Part shown: piece after piece, positions 28,101-40,100 of the stretch
Layout: each line of letters starts with the position of its first letter
Position numbering within the stretch: the first letter of the stretch is position 1
Assembly: GCA_030390025.1 (NCBI GenBank)
Contig: CM059432.1
Coordinates: 17,734,001-17,798,000 of the forward strand
From: Squalus acanthias
Taxonomy: Eukaryota
Direction of reading: 5' to 3'
Length of the DNA: 64,000 nt
Made by a program: the position numbers and the translations under genes
The notes under the pieces: model-generated
The model's input: the letters and a program-made list of their open reading frames with translations, nothing else
The model's database searches: none
What the model was told of the DNA's origin: nothing

Positions 28101-31100
28101 GGTCAGTCAGTTTGCTGTCCATTTGAAACAAGGTTTTTTATAAGTCTTTTAAAAGTAGCTGCTGAGCCTTTAAATTGACTTGTTTTTTCTTTACCATCTA
28201 GCAATTCAGGATACCCGTTTTATAGAGGCATCATTTACATTTAGCTTTAATTAGGCAAACATGATGGAAAGGGGGACCTAATAAACCACAGTGCCACTAC
28301 TGTCTCATTTAAATACGCCCCTTTTAGGGAGGTCACTTCCAGCAGTGGGCAGAATTGACATCGTAATGTTGAGAAGACAATGAAGTGGAAGACGTTCTGG
28401 CATTATGGAACCCCGCCCCATTTCCATCCCTGCCCGCCTGAACATTGGACAGCAAACATAAATTCTTATTATTACCATTTTTAACTGATGTGTACTGAAT
28501 GCTAAAGGTACCTTGTCTGCAATGTTTGGGTTGGCTTTGTACTGGTAGAAGAACTTCAGCATGAACTCATCCCCTTCCCAGGCAGCAACATGTAAGGGAG
28601 TCTGGCCTTCGTCCTGCATTGAAGGAACAAGCAAAGGTTGAAGCAAAGTAACGTTGCAGCAAACTGCCAATTGTGCTACTGTTGGCTGTATTAGAAAGTT
28701 GTAATTTGTGCCATCTGATTTAAAGGAAAAATACAGTCCCAACAAAACGAGACCTCCATCTGGATGATGTTTGACTGGTGAAGCTCAAACAATGTTTGTT
28801 CTCTCTTTCTCTCCCCTTGAAATAAGAATCTACTTTAGCAGGTGTCAAAGCCAAAGCAAACCAATTTCCGCCACAGACCATGCAAAAGCTCGGCTTTGAC
28901 CAAACCCACCCAGTTTCCAGGCAAAACAGAGAAATTACTCTATGCCCCTGAAGGTAATCAAACAAAACTCCAGGAATCATTCCAACTTTATAACATATGT
29001 GATTTAACTTCCGATGTCACAGCATGCCACACACGGGGCTTGGTTTTAACTCCCGGACGGGAACACGTCTGGGAGTGGCAGCAGGCAGGCTCAGCTGATT
29101 TTATCATGTTTGCGTTCATTATCCTTACATTTATCCACTTCAACAATAGGTGCTTATTATTCCAGTCTCTCATGTACTGGGACCTGATCACATCACTTAT
29201 CTTCATCTACAAGTTTTATTATATTACAAGAAACACCCTCCTCCACATCACTTATGAACTGTGTGAACAGGGAACATAGATTTAACTTCTGTGAAACCCC
29301 ACAAGTCACTTCCCTAAGACAGCGCTCTTTGACTTTATCTTCTATCACTAAGCAAGTTCTCAATCCAGCTTGATTTATCCATTAAGTCGATGCACCTTAG
29401 CCATTAAAAACATCATGAGCAGAACTTTCTCAATTACCATAGCTACTAATTTAACTACTTTTTTGAAGTTACCATAGATTAGAGCAATATTTTATGAATT
29501 CCAATACTAATCTGATTGTATCTCACATTTCTCTGCAGTTTTTGAAGGCTGGTGCTTTGTATGCATTAAACGCATTTGCCATTTTTTCATCTTCCAAGTT
29601 TCTACATGACTTACCTCTGAAAGAAAATGTCTTTGCACTCCATTCACTCCCACAACTAACATTTGGATCCCTTTTGCTGCATCCTAGAATCTACCTTGCT
29701 ATTATTCTCTGACTCTCATTTTAGTTATCCTCAACTGACATCTGTACAACTCTCAGTCCTCACAACTCCTTTTATATTTTTAAATATTTCTGCTTTGCCT
29801 TTAAGTTAGTTGTGACCTCTTAATTAGTGGGCACGGTAGCATAGTGGTTATGTTACTGAACTAGTAATCCAGAATAATCCGGAGATGTGAGTTCAAATCC
29901 CACCACAGGCAGCTGGGGATTTTAAATTCTATTAATTAAAATTAAAATCTGGGATTAAAAGCTAGTATCAATAATGGTGACCATGAAGCTACCAGATTGT
30001 CGTAAAAACCCATCTGGTTCACTAATGTCCTTTAGGGAAGGAAATCTGCCGTCCTTACCCGGTCTGGCCTATATGTGACTCCAGACCCACAGCAATGTGG
30101 TTGACTCTTAACTGCCCTCTGCGGTTCAAGAAGGTGGCTCACCACCACCTTCTCAAGGGCAATTAGGGATGGGCAATAAATGCCAGTCTTGCCAGTGACG
30201 CCCACATCCCATGAACAAATAAAAAAAAACTCAGCCACTTGTTTTTAACCATCATTTTTCTTGTGTTGAAAGCTCACTTCTGTACAGGTCCCCATCCTCT
30301 GTGACTGAGCGGAGGACTACCCGAACTATGGAAGGAGGTATTGATGCTCAGACAGAAACCTGAACTGCCTACCTTCTGCCTCACAGCCAAGCTACCAAGA
30401 CACTTGAAGGACACCAGTAGGATGTCATAAAGATGTGGACACAAATTTTTATTATTAAAGAGGCACTACTTTGGCTCACGCAGAGGGATAGCTGGAATAG
30501 AGGACCCCACAGGAAGGATCAAACCTTCTCGCAAATAGTGGACAACCATCAACCGCCTCAGAATTGGTCATGGTAGATGTTGCCACCTTCTCTATAGATG
30601 GAAGATTAAAGCACACCATCATGCGACTGTGGAGCGCCTAATCAGACCCTGGAGCACATCATTGAGCACTGCCCTCAGAGGAAATTCACAGGCAGCCTAC
30701 AAGATACCCAGGCTGTTACACAGGAAGCTTTGGCCTGGATATCTGAGTTAGATATTGACATCTGATTTGCTTTGCTACTACCATACGACAGAAGAAGAAG
30801 CTGGAATAGTCAAGTGTTATATTCATTGCGTTCAGAAAAACAGCAATGTTTAGCCAGATAGAGAAATGTGTTTCAACCCTATTTGGGCAAATTGTTCCAA
30901 CATTTAGCAAACACAGAAAGAATCTTTGTCAACTAACAAAGATGGTGTCTGTTTACTGAACCATGTTAGTAGGGTGCTATCGATAATAAAATATATATCT
31001 TATGAAGAGGAAGATTACATTCATATATAGTTGCATCACCTGCAAGTTCCCCTCCAAGTCACACACCATCCTGACTTGGAAATATATCACCGTTCCTTCA

Positions 31101-34100
31101 TCGTCGCTGGGTCAAAATCCTGGAACTCCCTCCCTAACAGCACTGTGGGAGTACCTTCACCACACGGACTGCAGCGGTTCAAGAAGGCGGCTCACCACCA
31201 CCTTCTCGAGGGCAATTAGGGCTGGGCAATAAATGCTGGCCTCGCCAGCGACGCCCACATCCCAGGAACGAATAAAAAAAAGTTCCTTGTGTTAAAGCAG
31301 TCTTTGCTGTATTATGGAGCTAGAAATGAGGTCAAAGGAAGAAATAGTTTCCCATTTGGAAATTTCGGGAATTTCAATCTTTCAGCCTTGGTCATTTGGT
31401 TGTTGACTCTGCTAGTGAATAAGAAGGCATTTTCTCCTGCAATATACAGTATTCAGCTTTAGGCCTTCATCCTTACCAGCAGACAACAGTGTAACTTGTC
31501 ATTGTTGTTCTGTACTCACATTTTGAAAATCAACACCAGCACCAAACTCCACCATGAGTTTAGCCAGTTCCATATCTTTTTTTCTGCAGCAGACATGCAA
31601 GACTGTGTCACCATTATCCTGAAAAGTAAGTTGGGAGATTAGGTGCAGGTTATTTTCATTTAAAAGGCTCCAACATACACATAATATATGTTTAAAATTC
31701 ATTTCCCTGTAACTTCCACTGAAGTAAACACCCATGTAAGCCCAGTAGGAGCTGCATGGTACAGCAGTGCTGCAGAATGTGGTGCCGATGTCTGATATTT
31801 GAGTTGCTTGATAATACACCGGATGCCAAGGGTCCTACAGCTCTGTAACATGCAACATTGTATTAGAATATTATTGAAGTCAATGGAAATAATTATCGTG
31901 AGAGATGTAAAATGGGCTGCCGATTCGCAGTAACCCATTTTACACTGTCGCACAAAGTCAAAATCTACCCCATATTGTGTACAAGCCCAGCTCAGATCTG
32001 GTAGAAGTTGGACATCTTCGAACCTAACAAAAGGACAGCAATATGAATTTTTCTGCTTTTGTGGTTGTCATCAGGTGAAGAGTAGGACAAGTCACTGAAT
32101 ATATTTAAGAAGGCGATAGATAGATTTCTAGACACAAAAGGCATCAAGGGGTATGGGGAGAGAGCGGGAATATGGTATTGAGATAGAGGATCAGCCATGA
32201 TCATATTGAATGGCGGAGCAGGCTCGAAGGGCCGAATGGCCTACTCCTGCTCCTATGTTTCTAAGTGGCACAGGACTCCCAGGGGACGACCACATAAAAG
32301 GGATGGGCAATAAATGCTGGCCTTGCCAGCGATGCCCACATTCCATGAACGAATAAAAAAAAAGACAGAGGGTTTACTGATTATCATATTAGAATTGAAG
32401 GATGAGCAGTAGCCAACAAAGCTGAGGGTCTTTGGGATCACAATTGCTGAACTGCATTACATGTTAGAGGATGCACAGAAGGTGTCAAGAACTGCTTTGC
32501 CTGTGACTGGAAATCTTTTTGCCACTGTTTTAGAATCTCCTTAGTGGGTATTTAATACAAATGATCAGAGACGATGTCCACCTGCATTCAGAACTAACGT
32601 AGCTTTCCAGAAATGCCACATTAGTCCACAGAGGTGTAGGGCAACGTTTGAGGAGACAGCACCCATTCTATACCGGACTCCCCAAGGTGCCATCAACTGC
32701 ACACAGATGGGGAGAGGGCACCTCCAGTAAATCATACCGTCTATGTCAACTGCAACTGGTCTACACACAATGAAGGATTCCTTCATTCTTAGCCAGACAA
32801 ATCTGTCTCCAGTGTTCCAGCGAAGTGGTCAACTGCAAGGCAGGTTATTGGGGGGCTTGGGCTACAGTCTGAAAGCGTGGCTCAGAAACACATTGCTCAG
32901 AAAATGGTGGAACCACTCAGCAGGTAGCATAGTGGTTATGTTATTGGACTAGTAATCCAGAGGCCTGGACTAATGATCTGGAGCACATGAGTTCAAATCC
33001 CACCACAGCAGCTGGGGAATTTAAATTCAGTTAATAAAAAAAAAAATCTGGAATAAAAAGCTAGTATCAGTAATGGTGAACCATGAAACTGTCAGGTTGT
33101 TGTAAAAAAAAACATCTGGTTTACTAATGTCCTGCAGGGAAGGAAATCTGCCGACCTTAGCTGGAGTGGCCTATATGTGACTCCAGACCCACAGCAATGT
33201 GGTTGACTCTTAACTGTCCTCTGAAATGGCCTAGCAAGCCACTCAGTTAAGGGAAATTAGGGATGGGCAATAAATGCTGGCCTTGCCAGCGATGCCCACA
33301 TCCCGTGAATGAATAAAGGGAAAAAAAAAATCTATGGAGTGAAAAAGTGGGGGTGGGAAGGAAATAACAAAAGGGAAGGTCTGTGATAGGGTGGAGGGCA
33401 GGAGTGATGTTGAAAGGCTGTTTCCCTGGCTGGAGAGCCTAGACCTAGGGTTCATAGTCTCAGGATAAGGGCTCGCCCATTTAGGACTGAGATGAGGAGA
33501 AATTTCTTCACTCAGAGGGTTGTGAATCTTTGGAATTCTCTTCTTCAGAGGGCTGTAGCTGCTCAGTCATTGAGTGTATTCAAGACTGAGATAGGTTTTT
33601 GGGAATCAAGGGATATGGGGATAGGGCGGGAAAGTGGAGTTGAGGTAGAAGATCAGCCATGATCTTATTGAATGGAGGAGCAGGCTCGAGGGGTCATATG
33701 GCCCACTCCTGCTCCTATTTCTTATGTTCTTAAGATTAAATGACAAAAGAGACCTCCCCTTTTGTTCTTTTCCCTTGCCCTTTTCCCCTGGCTCTGTACT
33801 TGCTTATAAACTTCTTCCAGTTCTGGTGAAAGGTCATCGACCTGAAACGTTAACTCTGTTTCTCTCTCCTCGATGCTGCCTGACCTGCTGAGTGTTTCCA
33901 GCATTTTCTGTTTTTAATTTCAGATTTCCAGCAGCCGCAGTATTTTGCTTTAGTCAATCAAACAAACCATCAGTCTCCTCAATCAGCCTTGACAGCTCGA
34001 GAGGAGAATTTATAGCACAATCCAGCCAAAGTGTGCAAAATGATTGTGGTCTGCTGTGTGTTGCACAATCTCACCACCGAGATTCAATAAAGAATGCACC

Positions 34101-37100
34101 CAATCCATGACCATAGAGGATGGAGGATTCCAACTCACTGCACCAGACGGAAGATGAGTTTGCATTAGCAGGGGAGATTAGGGTCAAATGACTTCAGTTA
34201 GGGTAATCTGGTGGAACATCGCAGGGTACGTTTTTATCTTCAGCAGTCCCAGCACAGAACTTTGTGCACCAGGAACACACATTGAGAAGTCGGATGTGCT
34301 CGCCCATGACTTTCTTTCCCTTGTTGACAAGCCTTACTGTACAGAGCTCCAACAGTACTTGAACCAGGCCTTTGTTCACTTGTACCTTCCTTTGTGCCCT
34401 GAGCTGCAGATCGGCATTAACACTAAGCAGCTCCTTGCAGACTGCGATGTTACCGATTTCAACGCTTAGAAACAATGGGTTGCAGCCGTCCTGTGGAAAG
34501 AAAGAAAGAAATTGAGACCTAGGAAAGAAAGAATGTAGGAAGAAAGACTTGCATTTATATAGCGCCTTTCACAACGTCAAGATGTCCCAAAGCGCTTTAC
34601 AGCCAATGAAGTACTTTTGAACTGTAGTCACTGTTGTAATGTGGGAAACACAGCAATCAATTGATAATGACCAGATAATCTGTTTTTTTTAGTGATGTTG
34701 ATTGAGGGATAAATATTAGCCAGGACAGTGGGGAGTACACCCTTGCTCTTTTTCGAATAGTGCCATGGGATCTTTTACGTCCATCTGAGAGAGCAGACGG
34801 GGCCTCAGTTTAACGTCACATCCAAAAGATGACACCTCCGACAGTGCAGCACTCCCTCAGCACTGCACTGGAGTGTCAGCCTTGAGTTTGTGCTCAAGTC
34901 CCTGGAGTGGGCCTTGAACCCACAACCTCTGAGGCGAGAGTGCTACCAACTGAGCCACAGCTGACAGATAGATGTATGTAAGAAAGAAAGCATGAAAGGA
35001 AGAAAGAAAGTTAAATACCACAGACTGTCTAATTAGTGTTTAAAAAGGTGACATTTAGGTATTATTTAGCAGTGACAATAAGGGTGAAATACTTGTTGCT
35101 TATTAGAAATAAATTAATGTCTGTGTTGAAATTTCACCCCGAATGTGGATACTGTGGCTCAGTGGGTAGCACACTCGCCTCTGAGTCAGAAGGTTGTGGG
35201 TTCAAGGCCCACTCCAGGGACTTGAGCAGATAAAGCTAGGCTGACACTCCAGTGCAGTGCTGAGGGAGTGCTGCACTGTCAGAGGTGCCGTCTTTCAGAT
35301 GAGATGTTAAACCAGGTGGATGTAAAAGATCCCATGGCACTATTTCAAAGAAAAGCAGGGGAGTTATCCCCGGTGTCCTGGCCAATATTTCTCCCTCAAC
35401 CAACATAACAAAAACAGATTATCTGGTCATTTTCACATTACTGTTTGTGGGAGCTTGCTGTGCGCAAATTGGCTGCCGCTTTTCCCACAAGTACTTCATT
35501 GGCTGTAAAGCACTTGGAGACGTCCGGTGGTTGTGAAAGGCGCTATAGAAATGCAAGTCTTTCTTTCTTTTTTACTGTTATAACCCGACCAAGTGTTGCA
35601 ATCTTGTAAAACACCCGGCCTTTGGCGGTGATTACCAGGGACTGGTAACTTTATAACTGATAAAAGATCATAACATGTACATGAGAATTCGTGTTGCCAC
35701 TGCCTGGTTTTGGACTGGACAGTCTGTCTTTAAGCGAGATGTCTGGAGATTTTTTAATGTGTAAATTGGAGTTGATCTTCCGATCAGGGTTACAACTTGG
35801 CATTAGTTGGACGATGCACGACTCCTTCGTTCTGTTAATTGGCTGACTCCCCCCACCTGATTTTGAGGAGTCAGCTTCATTTACAAAGTTTGAGGCAAGC
35901 TCCTGGTCTACTTTGGGCCGAGCTTTGGGAGTTCGATCAGGGCAGGCTGTAGGAAAGCTCTTAAAATGTTGGCAGCAATTGCACAGGATGCTACTATTTT
36001 TAATGAAACATTCCAGTCTTTGCAAAGGCCCAGTGGATGGCACAATAAACATAGAGGCAGGAAACTGAGTACTTGTTTGTCTGTTAGATTGCTTATTACT
36101 AGCAACAGTATGCACAGGGTGAATTACGATTTCTGTCAGCTGCCTCTGCAAAGTACAGAAATAAACATCTTTCTAGTAAGTGAAAATCAATTAAGAGGCA
36201 TCTGAGTCAAACAAAGGGGAGATTAATATCTTAATGTCCATTGAATTATTACAGCAGCCATTCAATCTAAATGGCAGTATCTTGTGTATCTTTCGAAAGC
36301 ACTGCTTGAATGTTAACAAGGGAACAGTGTGCTAATTTTTTGTTTTAACTCTGACATATCTTTACAAGATCTTAAAACAAGTCAGTTAAGGTATGTGGCA
36401 CAGATCAAAGAGCCAGGCCAACTCAGTCAGTGACTCTTTAATTGCCGACAGTGTCTGAAGTGAAGAAATGGGTCGAAGCCTGCGCGTGGGGAACAGGACC
36501 AATGAGTCTTTTGGCGGATAACTCTGTGACCGAGGGTTCCAATGATAGGTTTGTACCAGATTACCTGCACTTAGATCAGCAGTCTGCAGCCCGTGGCCAA
36601 CAGAGAAACTGGGCTCGTAGTTCAGATGTATGTTCAAAGATGGCTCAGAGAAGCATCTATTACATTGATATATCGAGGAGGATAGTAAAGTTTATAATTA
36701 CGAACATACGGAAAGGAAAAGGACAAGAAAAGACCAACTGGTCCATCCGGCCTATTTCATTCAGACAAGAGCCTTAAGCCAATTAGGATAAAAGTTCTGG
36801 GAAACTCATCTCTAACCTCTGAAGGAAATCTCCAGCATACTGCAGTAACTGATAACACTGATCACTGCTGGCTTCCCCTACCTTCTATAACTCAAGATGT
36901 CTACCACTCCCAGGAACATATGCTATTCTGTACTTAGTTCTGATTATTTACTTGTTTTATGTTAAGTAAATTGTCGATTGGTTTATAGCCTGATTCTTGA
37001 TATGATATTCGATTGCCGACTAAAGATGAGAATTACATGGCTGCAGGGTTATCTGTTCAAACTTTGGTTCTCAATATTACTAACCAAGGTAGTGGACGCG

Positions 37101-40100
37101 TGAAGGAACATTTTGGATCACAGAGGCTGGACCGTCCGCTTATGCGTCAGCCTTGGCTCAGTTGTAGGCTCTGTCTCCTCTGAGTCAGAAGGTTGTGGGT
37201 TCAAGTCTCACTCCAGAGACTTCGCACAACACCAGGTTATAGTCCAACAGTTTTATTTGAAATCACAAGCTTTCGGAGCTATCGATCGCCCCTTCCTCAG
37301 GTGAAGCATCATGTCCAGAGACTTGAGCACATAATCTAGGTTGACACTCCAGTGCAGTACTGAGGGAGTGCTGCACTGTCGGAGGTGCCGTCTTTCGGAT
37401 GAGATGTTAAACCGAGGCCCTGTCTGCCCTCTCAGGTGGACGTAAAAGATCCCATGGCACTATTCGAAGAAGATCAGGGGAGTTCTCCAGGTGTCCTGGC
37501 CAATACTTATCCCTCAACCAACATCAATTGGGCTGCTGCGTTTCCTACATTACAGCAGTGACTACATTTCAAAAGTATTCCATTGGCTGTAAAGTGCTTT
37601 GGGACTTGTCCTGAGGTTGTCAAAGGTGCTATATAAATGCAAGTCTTTCTTTTCTTCTTTCTTATAGGCGTTCTGGGTAATGCATAATCTGAGTAGAAAA
37701 TCGAGCATAAAATACTGAAATATAAACAGAAAATGCTGGAAATACTCAGCAGGTCAGGCAGCATCTGTGGAGAGAGGAACAGAGTTAACGTTTCAGGTCA
37801 GTGACCTTTCCTCAGAACTAGAAAAACACTGATGGGTTGCCAAGTGATGGAGCAACGCTCTGATCTTCTGTTTGATGGCCAGTGAAGTGGAGGTGGTGCA
37901 GAACGAGGCAGTTTCGAGGGAGTGGCCCTGCTTTCCACTCCAGAAGACCCATATCATAGGACAGCATTGCAGCATGCCTGGAGAGAGGCTGAGAAAGAAA
38001 GCTTTGAGGTCTTAGCTGGCTATTACTGCCACTGGCAATGCCAGCCTTACAGTGCAGACAAGCTGCAGGTGCCCTTACAGCAGAAGGCACACCACCTCTT
38101 CATCCAGCTGTCTACTGATGCACAATCTTTGGAGCCAGTTCTGCGAGGTCATTGCCAGGCAACTGCATCTCTGCTTGTAAATGCGGGTGGTAGGTACTGG
38201 CAGATGAGCAAAGTCTGTCTCTGGTACAGACTGATTTGCTTGGCATTGCTACTCTTCTTCTTTCAAAACAAAACATGACCAACTAAATGAAAACAGGAAA
38301 GAAGCAATGAAAATGGTTGCAGAAATAGCCTCCAGATTCTACCACTCATCTTATTATAGGGCATGTTCTAGGCACTTTGTAAACAGCACACCCCAGAACT
38401 TTTGGGCAGTCATTTTATAAAGTGTGTCGATGACTCAGCAGTATCTTCTTCTTCTTCTTCTTAGGCAGTCCCTCGGAACCAAGGATGACTTGCTTCCACA
38501 CTAAAAATGAGTTCTCAGGTCTACAGTGCAGTAGTCTACAGATGGTCTACAGAGCAGTAGTCTACAGATGGTCTACAGAGCAGTAGTGATACCCGCCCTC
38601 CTGTATGCTTCAGAGACCTGGACCATGTACAGTAGGCACCTCAAAGCTCTGGAGAGGTACCACCAACGCTGCCTCCGCAAGATCCTGCAAATACATTGGC
38701 AGGATAGGCGCACCAACGTCAGTGTTGTCACTCAGGCCAACATCCCCAGCATCGAAGCTTTGACCATGCTCGATCAGCTCCGATGGACGGGCCACATCGT
38801 CCGCATGCCCGATACGAGACTCAGCAGTATATCACTGCAAACAGTGGGCAACCATCAACCGCCTCGATGCCGCCACCTTCTCCACAGATGGAAGATTAAA
38901 GCATCCCCATCATGTGACTGTGGAGCTCCTGATCAGACCCTGGAGTTATCCCCGGTGTCCTGGCCAATATTTATCTCTCAACCAACATAACAAAAACAGA
39001 TTATCTGGTCAGTATCACATTGCTGTTTGTGCTGTGCGCAAATTGGCTGCCGTGTTTCCCACATTACAACAGTGACTCCACTTCAGAAATACTTCAATGG
39101 CTGTAAAGCGTTTTGAGACATCCAGTGGTCGTGAAAGGCGCTATATAAATGCAAGTCTTTCTTTCTCATTGAGCACTGCCCTCAGAGGAACTTCACAGGC
39201 AGCCTACAAGATATCCACGCTGTTACACCGGAACCATTGGCCTGGATATCTGAGTTAGATATTGACATCTGATTTGCTTTGCTACTACCATACGACAGAA
39301 GAAGATCACTGTAAGCGTGGGAATGTTGCATGCTTATCTGAGCCTGATTCTATGCTCTCTCAGTATCCAATTTCAGCAGGAGTCACTAGATGCCAACCTG
39401 GCAAAAATAAGTTTGCACTGTGAATAAATTTGCAACCTTTCTACTGGCTTGAAGACACACCACATTCAACCACCAATGCACTTGAAGACACACCACATTC
39501 AACCACTGATCTGCTTGTTACCTCTAGACTTGACTATTCCAATGCACTCTTGGCTGGCCTCCCACGCTCTACCCTACGTAAACTTGAGATCACCCAAAAC
39601 TTGGCAGTCCGTGTCCTAACTCGCACCAAGTCCCGTTCACCCATCACCCCTGTGCTCCCGGTTAAGCAACGTCTCAATTTCAAAATTCTCATCCTTGTTT
39701 TCAAATTCCTCCATGGCCTCGCCCCTCCCTATCTCTGTAATCTCCTCCAGCCCCACAACCCCATCCCCCCCACCCCGAGATATCTGCGCTCCTCCAATTC
39801 TGGCCTCTTGAGCATCCCTGATTATAATCGCTCCACCATTGGTAGCCGTGCCTTCAGTTGCCTGGGCCCTAAGCTCTGGAATTCCTTCCCTAAACCTCTC
39901 AGCCTCGCTACCTCTCTTTCCTCCTTTCAGATGCTTCTTAAAACCTACCTCTTTGACCAAGCTTTTCGCCATCTGCTCTAATTTCTGCTTATGTGGCTCA
40001 GTGTCAAATTTTTGTCTTATAACACTCCTGTGAAGCGCCTTGGGATGTTTTACTATGTTAAAGGCGCTGTATAAATGCAAGTTGTTGTTGTTGTTGGCTG

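Noticed and set aside
35150..35225. tRNA gene
   Set aside because: It is a tRNA-derived SINE head that continues into the Deu-like core and LINE tail.
39448..39506. Duplicated 26-mer cttgaagacacaccacattcaaccac
   Set aside because: A simple local duplication at the 5' edge of an L2 fragment with no sign of function.
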